A stretch of 63,922 nt of DNA, the filler included, from Octopus bimaculoides (lineage: Eukaryota): NCBI RefSeq assembly GCF_001194135.2. It is 4 parts of 4 records of this genome, joined end to end, with 100 filler letters (N's around TTAATTAATTAA, not from the genome) between each part and the next. Parts side by side here need not be neighbours in the genome. Positions count along the whole stretch, not along the records: positions 1 to 27,724 come from NC_068982.1; 3 more parts are not named here. One strand, given 5' to 3'. The position numbers and the translations under genes are program-made. A model generated the notes under the pieces. That model was not told the DNA's origin. It did not search any database and saw only the letters and a list, made by a program, of their open reading frames with translations. Positions 12,410-25,315 of this stretch are shown piece by piece; position 1 is the first letter of the stretch; each line of letters starts with the position of its first letter.

Positions 12410-12674
12410 GCAGCCTTGCACGCGTGTGTGTATGTGTTTCTACACATTCACATATATACACACAGCCACATAGACGCAGATATATGCATATAACAGACTT
12501 TCTAAAGTGGTTGATGTTAGGAAGGGCGTTCAACTATAGGAACCAGTGCAACAATAGAAGTATGGGCAAGACGTGTTTTTGGTCCTATCAAGTGGAGGGG
12601 ATGTTACTCTGATTAAGAACAGAATTGGACCCTTTTACCACATTACCATGGAAGTCAGGCGTGAAATTGTGAGT

Positions 12675-13067
12675 GTGAACGGCCATGCTAGAGCACCACC
12701 TTGAGGGGTTTCAGTTGAACAAATTACCCGTCAGGACTTATTGTTTTTGAAGCCTAGCTATCGATTTTTTTGCTGAACAGCTAGCTTACGGAGACATAAA
12801 CACACCAACACTGGTCGTCAAATGGTGTTGGGAGGACAAGCACAGATACAAAGACACACACACATAGATACACACACACACATACACATATCTATATATA
12901 AATACGACAGGCTTCTTTCGGTTTCCGTCTACCAAATCGACTCACAAGTCTTTAATCGGCCCGAGGCTATAGTAGAAGACACTTGCCCACGGTGCCATGC
13001 AGTGGGACTGAACCCAGAATCATGTGATTGAGAAGCAAGTTTCTTACCACATAACCACGCCTGCGCC
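12675..13067 (-). mobile_element. tRNA-derived SINE, family B, near full length
   Basis: Minus strand ggcgcaggcgtggttatgtggtaag...gggttcagtcccactgc...gggcaagtgtcttctactatagcctcgggccga, an internal (TG)n, and a tail with gtgctctagcatggccg. Homologous to the 35415 copy. Confidence 0.85.
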
Positions 13068-13124
13068 GATATATATATATGTATATATACATTTATATAT
13101 ATATATGCATGTATGTATATATAT

Positions 13125-13262
13125 TCTTTTATTTATTTCAGTCATTTGACTGCGGCTATGCTGGAGCACCGCAAGACTTATTCTTTGTAAGCTAGTACTT
13201 ATTCTATCGTTCGCTTTTGCCGAACCGCTAAATTACGGGGACGTAAACACACCAACATCGGT
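13125..13262 (-). mobile_element. SINE family B 3' half, in tandem with the 12675 copy
   Basis: Minus strand accgatgttggtgtgtttacgtccccgtaatttagcggttcggcaaaag...gtgctccagcatagccgcagtcaaatgactgaaa. Confidence 0.8.
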
Positions 13263-13267
13263 TTTTA

Positions 13268-13305
<38 letters not shown>

Positions 13306-13436
13306 NNNNNNNNNNNNNNNNNNNNNNNNNNNNNNNNNNNNNNNNNNNNNNNNNNNNNNNNNNNNNNNNNNNNNNNNNNNNNNNNNNNNNNNNNNNNNNN
13401 NNNNNNNNNNNNNNNNNNNNNNNNNNNNNACATATA

Positions 13437-13482
<46 letters not shown>

Positions 13483-14392
13483 CACTGAGTGATATATATA
13501 CATACATGCACACACACACACATATATGCATATATATATTGAGTTATAAAGAGAGAGAAAGAGAGAGTGGGAGAAAGAAAGAAAGAAGGGACGATAGGTA
13601 GATGTGTATAATATGCATACCCATATATGCACAAATATATACATATATACGTATATATATATATATATGTATATACATACTTACACACACATATGTATAT
13701 ATATATATAAAGACAGAGAAAGTGAGAGAGTGAGAGAGAGTGTGGAAAGTGAGATTAGAGTGAAAATGAGAGAGAAAGAGGAAGAGAAGCTATTTCACTT
13801 TAGTCTTTCCTAAAATGAAAGTCCTTCGTGAAACAATAAGGCCTTAACTTTAGCCTTAATTTTATGATAATTCTTTCTAACACAACCATTTACCAGTTTC
13901 CTTCATATCGATTATATTGTAGGACATATAATATCAGGCTTCTGGGAGCCGCTAAACTATAGCTGCTGTCTTTCTATTGGCCATTCTTTCTCTGCTAGTT
14001 CTTAATATAGCGACTCTTACAGAATACCGATATCTTCCATTCGACTAATATGTCCTCTGTAGACTTAGAATGTCTTCAGAATCAAGAAATGCTGAAGGAG
14101 AAACCGATTTTATATCGACATTTATGGCTTGTTGCAGTAAAAGGAAAAATTTAAAGAAAAAAGACAGATGGTATGACAGGTACGTATAGTAATTTTATCC
14201 AAATAGCAACTCTTCGGTATGTGAAAGTGCTAATGATGTATGCATCTATAATATTATATGCACATAGACATATACGAAATGTGCTTAAACACGTGAATCC
14301 CCTCTCATGTAAATGTCTAAATATTTGCCTCTAATGTAAATTTATAAAGGTATATGCGTGTTAGTTCTATGTATGCATCTGATCCGCATATG

Positions 14393-14426
<34 letters not shown>

Positions 14427-14605
14427 AAGAATATTGGATTTTACTCATAAGGTATTGGAATCTTATTTGTATACCATTCTGCCTAAATAATGGATTTACA
14501 AATACAATATCCCTGCATATCTCACATCTATTTTCGTTCCTCCAATTCACTCCTCTATTTCGTATCTTATCTAAATTAACTATTGCTTAACCATCTTCTC
14601 ACACC

Positions 14606-14653
14606 GTCTCCGATGAAGGGATATAATAAATATCCTGGAAACAGCTGTAAGAC
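14606..14653 (+). ncRNA. Minimal type I hammerhead-ribozyme motif (best-preserved copy)
   Basis: gtct-CCGATGA-a-gggatat(aataa)atatcct-g-GAAAC-AGCT-GTA-agac. 4 bp stem I, 7 bp stem II, palindromic ACAGCUGU helix III. Predicted cut after 14649. Confidence 0.65.
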
Positions 14654-14816
14654 CTATTTACAAATGTTCTAAACTCTATACAGCTTTGGTTTTTTATCTC
14701 ATATATATATATATATCACACACATCGTTCACGCTGAGTGTGTGTGTTTGTGTCTGTATGTGTGTGGGCATACAGTAACAACGAGATACTCAGCCAGTGT
14801 GTATGTACATGTGCAT

Positions 14817-15390
14817 AGGAGTGGCTGTGTGGTAAGAAGCTTACTTCCCAACCACATGCTTCCGGGTTCAATCTCACTGCGTGACACCTTGCGAAAGTGT
14901 TTTTCGTCGACCCGAGGCAATAGTAGAAGACACTTATCCAAAGTGACACGCAGCGGGACTGAACTCAGAACCATGCCTATATATATATATATATATNNNN
15001 NNNNNNNNNNNNNNNNNNNNNNNNNNNNNNNNNNNNNNNNNNNNNNNNNNNNNNNNNNNNNNNNNNNNNNNNNNNNNNNNNNNNNNNNNNNNNNNNNNNN
15101 NNNNNNNNNNNNNNNNNNNNNNNNNNNNNNNNNNNNNNNNNNNNNNNNNNNNNNNNNNNNNNNNNNNNNNNNNNNNNNNNNNNNNNNNNNNNNNNNNNNN
15201 ATATATGTATATATTCTTTTATTTGTTTCAGTCATTTGAAGTGGTTTTGGTAGACGGAAACTGAATAAAGCCCGTCGTATATACATGCGTATATATCTAT
15301 GTGTGTGTTTCTTTGTGTCTGTTTCCCCCTCCCCGTCACCGCTTGACAACCGGTGTTGGTATGTTTACATCTCTGTAACCTAGCAGTTCG
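14817..15390. mobile_element. Rearranged SINE family B cluster with an internal inverted segment
   Basis: Plus head 14817-14905, minus head 14975-14906, N gap, minus tail ~15200-15240, then plus body from ~15241. Confidence 0.75.
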
Positions 15391-16052
15391 GCAACATAAT
15401 CACAAGACCCCCAACAGGCAACCTATTCAACCTGGCAAAAACATCCATCTTTTACCATCTTTTGAATAGGATTATTTTCTTTCGATCATATCACCACATA
15501 TATATACCCCCAAATCTATTTCTTCTACTCCCTAATTCACAACAACACCACCAACGCATACCGACTACGTCATTTCTCTCAATCCCTTTCCACCGTCTAT
15601 AAATAGGTTTGGCTGCTTTCTAGAATATGATACTACTAACTACCTTTCCCACCCATCTCTCCCTTTATCTCTGTCCTTGGTCTATCACTCATNNNNNNNN
15701 NNCTCTATCTCTCCTCCATCCCATTTCACATTCTGTCTTCATGACTTGACCTAATTACCGCTCATTTTTCACTTGACTTTCGCCATTCTTCAAGTAAACA
15801 AGCAAAAGTCCATCGCAGTATGGCATATATTCACCTCTGCTATCTATGCTGTACCAGCCTTCACTCCAACATCTATTTCCGGATTATCCCCACAAGGATT
15901 ACTTTACACGGATTTCTACACGGATATTTACTACTGGAATGAAACTACACTTCAAGTACTGTTCTCTCTTTTTTCAGCGCATCACACTCTTTACCACTTC
16001 ATACTGGAAATATCCGCCTATGGATGTAATAATAGATTACTTTATTTTTTCT

Positions 16053-16101
16053 GTCTCCGATGAAGGGAAGTACTGGATCTTCAATGAAACAGCTGTCAGA
16101 C
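16053..16101 (+). ncRNA. Minimal type I hammerhead-ribozyme motif
   Basis: gtct-CCGATGA-agg-gaag(tactggat)cttc-aat-GAAAC-AGCT-GTC-agac. 4 bp stem I and a GUC triplet, predicted cut after 16097. Lies at the end of a ~650 bp pyrimidine-rich block. Confidence 0.6.
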
Positions 16102-16793
16102 TCTATCCATAAAATACTTCCCCACCTTACCATTGCTCTCTTTATCTTTTTATTTTTTTTTATATATTTACATATATATTATAATATATATATAATGTAT
16201 ATATATATATATATTATAATATATCAATAATAATAAAGGAGTTACGACGCAAAAACGTATATATTCAAATGAACACATTTATCTTCTTCAATATATATTT
16301 CAGTATAAAGAATTCATTAAGTGACTTAATAAATCAAAATTTCTTTACACATCTTCATGAAAAAATATAACATCAGNNNNNNNNNNNNNNNNNNNNNNNN
16401 NNNNNNNNNNNNNNNNNNNNNNNNNNNNNNNNNNNNNNNNNNNNNNNNNNNNNNNNNNNNNNNNNNNNNNNNNNNNNNNNNNNNNNNNNNNNNNNNNNNN
16501 NNNNNNNNNNNNNNNNNNNNNNNNNNNNNNNNNNNNNNNNNNNNNNNNNNNNNNNNNNNNNNNNNNNNNNNNNNNNNNNNNNNNNNNNNNNNNNNNNNNN
16601 NNNNNNNNNNNNNNNNNNNNNNNNNNNNNNNNNNNNNNNNNNNNNNNNNNNNNNNNNNNNNNNNNNNNNNNNNNNNNNNNNNNNNNNNNNNNNNNNNNNN
16701 TGGCTACCGAATAAGTGTCACACATTTTTACAGATAAATTCCTCTATTTACATAATATCGAGGTCTCTTTCTTTCTTTTGTTGTCCTTTCTAT

Positions 16794-16838
<45 letters not shown>

Positions 16839-18196
16839 CATACATATATACATACATACATACATATACATGCGTGAGTGTATTTCATTTCTATACAAAT
16901 TTTTGTGCGCGTGAGTGTGGTGGTGGGGAGAGTGGTAGAAATTTTAAATTTCAGATGAAATTTTTTTTCGATCTAATTTGAATTTCAGATTGTTTCAGTG
17001 AAGTTAGAGAGGAAAATGTGGAAAAGATATCGCTATAAGAATTCACATCGAAGAATGACTGAAACCATATTCTTGTCCTAGATATTTCTCTGATGTAACA
17101 ATCATTAGACAAGTTATGTGTCTAATGATATGTCTTCTGCGCAAGCAATCTATTGACGAAAATAACGTTGACAAAATAAGGGATATGCCGGTGGATGGTG
17201 CCAAATAATTTAGTGTAAATCATGAGATAAAAATTAAGACAAGGGTACTTCACCCCTCCGCCATACACACACGAACGCACACGCAATACATAGGTGTGTG
17301 TGAGAGAGAGAGAGGAGGCTATAAACTGAGCAAAAACACTCAGTTGTGAGTGCAGAGCATCTTATAGCAGAAACAGCTGTAAGACAATGAAGTTCATTAG
17401 GTTATTCCTGATCCCGTGTTATCTATTTAATTTCACATATGTGTGTGTGTGTGAGAGAGAGAGTGTATGTGTGTATGTATGTCTCTGTGTGTGAATATGT
17501 TTGTAAATATAGATACTCACACACATATATATATACACATACAGAGAAAGTCATAACTTAAGATAATTGAAGTAAAAATGAGAATGAATGTGAGTGTAAA
17601 AGAAACAGTGTTGTGAAAGAGAAGAAAGAATTAAAAGGTTGGCAATTGATGTGATTTAGGAAAAAGGGTGTGTGTAAGTGTGTATGTAGGTGGGGTATAT
17701 GTGTGTCTATGTGCGTGTATGCGTGTGTTTATGTATGTGTGTATGAGTATTGTGTGGCTGCTGTGCGGTTTAGGTGTGGAGTCTCTTTCTTGCTCTGGGT
17801 GTATGTGAATTTGCGCGCCGTTTTAATGTGTATATGTGCCTGTATATGAGTGTGTGTGTGTAGATGTATATATTCACACAATCTTGTATAAAGGCTTCCG
17901 TTCTTGCTTAATGTAAAGCTATATGCATTTGTGTGTGCACGTGTGCATGTGTTCGCGCGCGCGCGCGCGTGTGTATGAGAGTGTTTCCGTTTGTGTATGT
18001 ATGTTTGGTTTTCCTCTCAATATATGTTTCTCTTTGGAAGTATTGAATATTATATAAAAGCATACAAGTGTATCAGTATGTGTGTATATGTGTGTATGTG
18101 TATGTAGTATTGGATATAAAGATTGTGCTTACATGTTTGTCTATCACTGTATACCTATGTGTGGTGTGTGTGTGAGTGTGTGTGTGTGTGTGTGTT

Positions 18197-18234
<38 letters not shown>

Positions 18235-18816
18235 NNNNNNNNNNNNNNNNNNNNNNNNNNNNNNNNNNNNNNNNNNNNNNNNNNNNNNNNNNNNNNNNNN
18301 NNNNNNNNNNNNNNNNNNNNNNNNNNNNNNNNNNNNNNNNNNNNNNNNNNNNNNNNNNNNNNNNNNNNNNNNNNNNNNNNNNNNNNNNNNNNNNNNNNNN
18401 NNNNNNNNNNNNNNNNNNNNNNNNNNNNNNNNNNNNNNNNNNNNNNNNNNNNNNNNNNNNNNNNNNNNNNNNNNNNNNNNNNNNNNNNNNNNNNNNNNNN
18501 NNNNNNNNNNNNNNNNNNNNNNNNNNNNNNNNNNNNNNNNNNNNNNNNNNNNNNNNNNNNNNNNNNNNNNNNNNNNNNNNNNNNNNNNNNNNNNNNNNNN
18601 NNNNNNNNNNNNNNNNNNNNNNNNNNNNNNNNNNNNNNNNNNNNNNNNNNNNNNNNNNNNNNNNNNNNNNNNNNNNNNNNNNNNNNNNNNNNNNNNNNNN
18701 NNNNNNNNNNNNNNNNNNNNNNNNNNNNNNNNNNNNNNNNNNNNNNNNNNNNNNNNNNNNNNNNNNNNNNNNNNNNNNNNNNNNNNNNNNNNNNNNNNNN
18801 NNNNNNNNNNNNNNNN

Positions 18817-18869
<53 letters not shown>

Positions 18870-20600
18870 TACACACACACACACACATACACACACACAC
18901 ATATATATATATGCCACGTTATATATGTACATTTGCCTGTCACCATTGTCTCGTTTCATTCTTTACAACTGCTGCACTTTTGGCAACCGAAGCGACACCA
19001 GAGCCACCCACATCTATTGTTTTTTCTATCTATCTTCTTCATCCGAGCATAATCATTTTTCATTATCGTCGCCATCATCATCATCGTCAACATTGTTGTC
19101 ATCATCGCTGTCGTCGTCGGACTAAATGTCATCACCGTATTCAATTCTGTTGTTCAACGATCATATGTTCAAATCTCATCTCACACGACCCAAACTATGG
19201 TAAGGATAACGACGACCACAACGACAATGTTGTTGCTAAATGTGATGATGATGAGAATGATCATGATCGCAGTAAGATGCATATTCCCTTTATCTAAATG
19301 ATTATTGCTCGCTTTGCTTTCTCTTTCTCCTCTTCTTCCTCCTCCTTCATCATCATTGTCTTCCTCATCATCATAATCAACATCATCATTGTCGTCGTCA
19401 TCACTATTATCATCATTGTCGTCGTCATCACTATTATCATCATAATCGTCATTATCAGTTAATTCTATTAATAATATCTATATTTAACAAAATATTGTCT
19501 ATCGCGTTCGAGATTATAGAAAAATGTGCGTATGTGTATCTATGTGTATCTATATTATTTGCATACGTCTGTATTTTTTATTCTGTCCTCACTTAATGCA
19601 TACTATTGCGCACACACACACTCGCACACGCAAACACATACACAAACACACATTCATATCAAACTAAATTCTGTCTTGTGGATGATATTGAAACAAAATG
19701 GTGAATAACTCTTCAAAAAAGAGGCCTCGCAATATGTGTACACATGCAAACACAAAAGAAGACATTTTACCGCTTCACTGTCCAAATATATTTGGAATTT
19801 AATGAAGGCTAATATTAATAATTATTAGATAAAGTGGTTTCTCATGGAAAATATGTCTTTTGGTGTTAATTATTCAAGAAGCTGTGATCTCTACCACGCA
19901 GATCATTTCGTTCCGTTACAGCTTTAAGCAATTTTGAAAAAATAATATTATATATAAATAAATATATAAATGAAAGTTTCAACTGACTAAAATATTTTAT
20001 TTTCTCCCTAATCCTTTTGTCCGATGCTAATAAAATAAGAAAACAAGCAAAACCATTAGCTTATTCATCAACAAGAGCCACTTCCCTTGCTTACGTATGT
20101 CTTATACGTAATGAGAAAGTGACATCTGCATTTTACACCTGAATGAATAAAACTACCCTGAATTCTGCGTTGATTACTCATATTCAGATGTGTTTGCGAT
20201 TATGAATGTTGATCAATTTTCACGCTGATCCTCTGCTTCAGTTGTTTGAGTAATCGGAAATGTGACGCAGAGTGTTACGTATATAAAAGCTTCAAGTTTT
20301 AATGAAATATTTACGCGCTGCTATTATTTGTTATTACATGTTAAGTACTTTTCTGCCTTTGTAAATACAAACGTTCACTAATCCATACATTTCCCCTAAT
20401 TTTGGGAGCACTTTTCAAGGGCTGGGGTCCGAATCCTACATTTTTTGCGAATAATGTTTTGATATCTTCTAAAATAAAATTTACTAAGTGACTCAAAGAA
20501 ATGACTGGAGATCTGATCAAGAGAATGGAATAGAATATATATTACGCAATAAGTAGAACACAGATACCACTGAGGAAAATAAGTTAGATCCCATCCTATT

Positions 20601-20634
<34 letters not shown>

Positions 20635-20754
20635 CACACACACACANNNNNNNNNNTTTGTATACCAAAAAATATCCAATAAATAACTTTCAGATCGTTT
20701 TCCACAAATGATATCCATGTCCTTTTAAATCAAATAAACTATGTTCACAACTGA

Positions 20755-23513
20755 TTTTTTTTTTTTCAATATTCCGTAATCTAGTTGACCGTTGGGACAC
20801 CACTAATGATTTTGCGACCAGATCCCTCCACCCGTCTCTGTCCTCTGCCTCTCGCACTGTGTCTCTCCTCTTTAGACCTGCCCACTCGCAGATGTTTTTC
20901 CACCTCTATCTCTGTCTGCCTCTGCATCTGCTACCTTTGAGTGTTCTCTGAAGGATTGTTTTGGCTATCCCTGATGAGCGAGTGATATGGCCAAACCACC
21001 TAAGCTTGCATTTCTTTACTGTGGTAAGAAATTCCTCAAAGGGCCCTATTGCTTGCCTTATTCTTCTTTTTACTTCCTCATTTGAGACACGATCTCTGTA
21101 TGATATTCCCCAAAGTCTCTTGACGCATTTCATCTCTGTAGCCTGGATTCTTCTTTCGATTTCTGTTGTCAGTGTCCATGTCTCACAGGTGCACAGGAAT
21201 ATTGAGGTCACAAGTGATATCATTAGCCTAATTTTGGGAATTTGGTCATTGCTGCTGTTGTTTTGGCAATGCCAGATATCACTTCGTGCTTGGAACCTTG
21301 GTTACTCACTATTTGAAGTTTTGATATTTGAAGATATTTGAAATTTTGAACTTGGTCAAGCTCAAATCCACTGACGCTTATGTTGGTACTGATTCCTTTT
21401 GGGCACTTTGTTATCATTTTTATTTTCTCTGCGCTTATTTCCATTCCAAATTCATTGGGAGTCTTCTTTAGGCGCTCTACTAGTTCTTTCAATTTTTGTT
21501 CTAAGCCTGCAAGTCCAACAATATCACCTGCAAAGCGCAAGTTTGTTAGGTTTCTACTGCCAATGCTAATCGTACAATTGTGGTCTTCCAGGAATTCGGT
21601 CATAATCCTCTCAAGGAAGGTGTTGAACAAGATCGTCGAGGGCGAGCAGCCTTGTCTTACACCGATTGTTGTTTTGAACCACTCGCCAATGCTGCCGTTC
21701 AGGTAATCCGTACTACTTGCTTTATCATACAGACTATTAATGGCACGAATTTGATTTGCGTTGATGTCATATAGCTTCATGGTCGACCAGAGTGTTGTAT
21801 GCCACAACCTGTCAAATATCTTTTTGAAGTCCACAAACATATGAAAATGTTCTTGTTGGGGCTGAAGATAACGATCACACAGAATCACACAGAATCCTTA
21901 AATTGAAAATCTGTTCTATTTTGCTGCAACCCACCCTGAATCTTTCTTGCTTCTCTGCAATGATTTCCACCGCTTGGAGTTTGAATCTACTAAAGATGAT
22001 TACCAACATCACTTTGCTTGAGGGGCATTCTGGCATTGTTATAGATACCCTTTTTTTGGCAAGGTGATCACCAGCAATTGAGTCCAAAATGCGGGCCACT
22101 CTCCCGCCTGCCAGATCTTATTACATATTACAAGGAGCGCATCCACCATGGCCTCTTCCCCTGCCTACACTAGTTCAGCAGGGATATTGTCCACCACTGC
22201 CGGCTTACCTTTCTTCAATGACTTAATTGCGTTTTTGCTTCCTCTACTTCCTTTCTTAAAATGGGGAAGTTGTTCGTGTCTGTTGTTGATAGGGCATTCA
22301 GTTTATCAGTGTATCCTTTTGCTTCATGGTTATATTAGATCTGCGCAATATTCTGTCCAACGGTTCAGAATCCTTTGGTTTTTCTGTTAGTGGTTTCCCC
22401 TATTTATTAAGTATTGTGCTGGTCCGTCCTTGCTCATCGCTTGTAAGTTCTTTGATCAGCTGATGAACTTTCTTACTATTATTCTTCGTTAAGTTTCCCT
22501 CAATCTCCCTACACTGTTCCTCTCCCCAAGCTTCCTCGGCTTTTCTCATGCTCCTTTTAACTACAAGATTTGCTTCTTTGTATTCTCGGGTATCTTCCTG
22601 GTTAAACTTCTTGTTCAACTTTCTTCTTTTGTCACGCAAGTCTAAAATTTCTGGTGTGATCCGTGGTTTCTTGATTGTTTCTGTTACTATAGAGTTAAAA
22701 CTGTCAGTGAAAGTGTGCACATCTTCTGTGTCTGCTTTTTTTCAGGATGAATGGGGCAAATCTGTCACCAATCTTAGATTCAATTTCCTTTCTAATTCCT
22801 GGAGCTTTTAGCTTTTCAAGATTGAATTTAGCTCTTGTATAACCCACTCATTTCATTTTCTTCAGGTGCAGACAGAACGTCATGATGACTTCCTATGTCT
22901 GCACCAGGGAAGCTCGGTATTCTGGCACTGTTTACAAGATCCGAGTCAGAAAGAACATCTCCATTGGCACGTGGAATGTAAGAACACTTCGAACACCAAG
23001 TAGAGGAACTGGTGCATGAAATAAACAATTACATTTGGAACATTCTTGGACTGTGTTGAGATGAGATGGGCGAACAAATTCTATTTCAGTGGCCAAGATA
23101 CTCAAAAGGAGGGAGTAGGTTTCTTAATTAATAACGATTGTGTGAGTGCGGTGATGGGCTGCCGACCAGTGTCCGGCAGACTCATCACTATTCGCTTGAG
23201 AGTGAGTCCTTCAATATAACTATAGTGCAAGTGTACGCCCCACTATCAGGCTACAGTGATGAGGACAGTGACGAGTTTTACGACAAGCTTCAAAAAATAA
23301 TTGACCACACTCAAGAAAGAGGTATTGGTCGTTGAATCGATTGGAACGCCAAAGTAGGGGAAGATGCATGTGCAAACTGGAATGGTACATGTAGCCGCTT
23401 TACTAACAAGGAGAAGCCGTCCTGGCGACGGATGCGTTACAGCCCTAATGGCGAAGTTCATAACCAGATAGACTACATCATGGTGAAAAGGCAATCTCAT
23501 TCCAAAGTAAACA
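20755..23513 (-). mobile_element. RTE-clade LINE, degraded, with 5' inversion
   Basis: Minus strand carries RT motifs (FVDFKKIFD, GVRQGC, LRFAGDIVGLAG) and the RTE C-terminus (CETWTL, KLRWFGHITR, GRGRQR), ending in an A-rich tail at ~20755-20766. The AP-endonuclease is on the plus strand at 22936-23513 (IGTWNVRTL, IVQVYAP, DWNAKVG, NQIDYI). Confidence 0.92.
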
Positions 23514-23787
23514 CAATTGATATCCACACACCCAAACACACACACACGCACACACACACATACACACACATGCACACACACACACACACACATGCACATA
23601 TACACACACATGCATGCATGCACATACACACATACGTACAGACATACACATACACACAAAATGCATCTTTCTAACAATAGTACCGATATCTATCGAAAAC
23701 CAAATTGGGACCATGCTAGGTTATTAACAAAAGCCGGGCCACAGAGTAAAATGTTTTAGCATTATGTGAACCATACTTTTTTTTAGT

Positions 23788-23998
23788 TTTTCTCTTTTGT
23801 TTGCTTCAGTTATTAGTCTGTGGCCATGTTTGGGTACCACCCCGAAGGATTTTAGTCGAACAAATCAATCTCAGTGCTTATTTTTAAAATCCTGCTACTT
23901 GCTCTATCGGGCTTTTTTTTTGTCGAACCGCTAAGTTACTAGGACGTAAAAACACCATTGCCAGTTGCCAAGCGGTGATGGGGGACACAGACACAAAG

Positions 23999-24000
<2 letters not shown>
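23788..24000 (-). mobile_element. SINE family B 3' half
   Basis: Reverse complement contains gtcctagtaacttagcggttcgac and ttcgggg...acatggccacagact, matching the family B tail. Confidence 0.7.
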
Positions 24001-24035
<35 letters not shown>

Positions 24036-24662
24036 ACTTTTAAAGATCAAAATCATAACTGCTGTGCCAACCCCAGATACAGATTAATAAATTCGGCAAA
24101 TCTTTCAGTACAAAAAAAAAGAAGAAAACAAAAAGAAGAAAAATGTTCAGAATACGTAACTGGTCACAATTCGTTCGATTTGGAATACAAGTTTATGTAT
24201 CATGAAGGGGTTCAGTGCTATGATAACCACTTTTGCAACTTTATACAATGGGATGTAATAAGTAGAGTTCTACCGTCTGTAAGTAAATCCCTTTCGGAGA
24301 AAGCTTTAGAAATTAAAAGACTAACGGTTGTTGTGTGTGTGTGTTTTTTAAATGGCTTCCACGCTGCAATTGTTTTTGTTTCAGCACATGATTTCAGATC
24401 AAGTCATTTGCTATGCAGTTAAAAGACTCAAATTAATGATTCGGATATTAAATATTATGTACGCGAGGGAAGTTTTACTAGTTTACGATAATTTTTTCTG
24501 AGTTAAAGGTAGAGTACAATATTGTTGACGAAACATGGGAACGTACGATTGTGCTGAGGCTTGAATTAATAGAATTGCACATCTTAGACATACTACGAAT
24601 AAGATGCGATCCTCTACTGGGATCATGCACTTCTTTTGCGAAGCGTGAATAGTCACACTGCG

Positions 24663-25315
24663 TTAGTTTTAAGGTTAGGCTTAGGGTTAATTTTAGGATT
24701 CAGGTTAGGTTAAGTATTAAGGTGTTAGGGTTAAGATTAGTGTTAGGGTTAGGCTTAGTTTTAGGGTTAAGGTTAGAGTTTAGGGTTAGTTTTAGTGTTG
24801 GTCTTAGGTTTAGTTTTAGTTTTAGGTTTAGGTTTAATGTTACTGTCATGGTTAAGTATTAGTGTTAGGGTTAATTTCACGGTTAGGGTTAGTTTTAGGA
24901 TTAGTTTTAGCGTTAGGTTTAGAGTTAGGGTTAGTGTTATTGTGGGAGTTATGTTTTATCTTAGTTTTAGGGTTAGGGTTAGTTTTAGTATTAGTGTTAA
25001 TTTTAGGGTTAGGGTTAGTGTTAGTGTGAAAATTATGTTAGTGTGAGAATTATGGTTTGTTTTAGTGTTAGTGTTAGGGTTAGTGTCAGGGTTAGCGTTA
25101 GTTTTTGGATTACAGTTAGTTTTAGGGGTAGGGTTAATATTAGGGTTAGGTTTAGCGTTAGTTTTAGGGTTAGTGTTAGTGTTTGTTATAGGTTTAGGTT
25201 AAGGTTAGTGGGTTAGGTAACCCTAACCCAAAGGTTTTAGGGTTAAGGTTAATATTTGAGTCAGGGTTAGTTTTATGGCTAGGGTTAGGTTTAGGTTTTG
25301 GATTAGAGTTAGGTG
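24663..25315 (+). repeat. Degenerate interstitial telomere-like (TTAGGG)n tract
   Basis: About 650 bp of TTAGGG, TTAGTG, TTAGTT and TTAGGT variants. A short inverted ccctaaccc lies at ~25221-25229. Confidence 0.85.

Noticed and set aside
18073-19297. Long ORFs in the ORF track (also 42551-43777 and 53985-54716)
   Set aside because: They are runs of X from N gaps plus dinucleotide-repeat translations.
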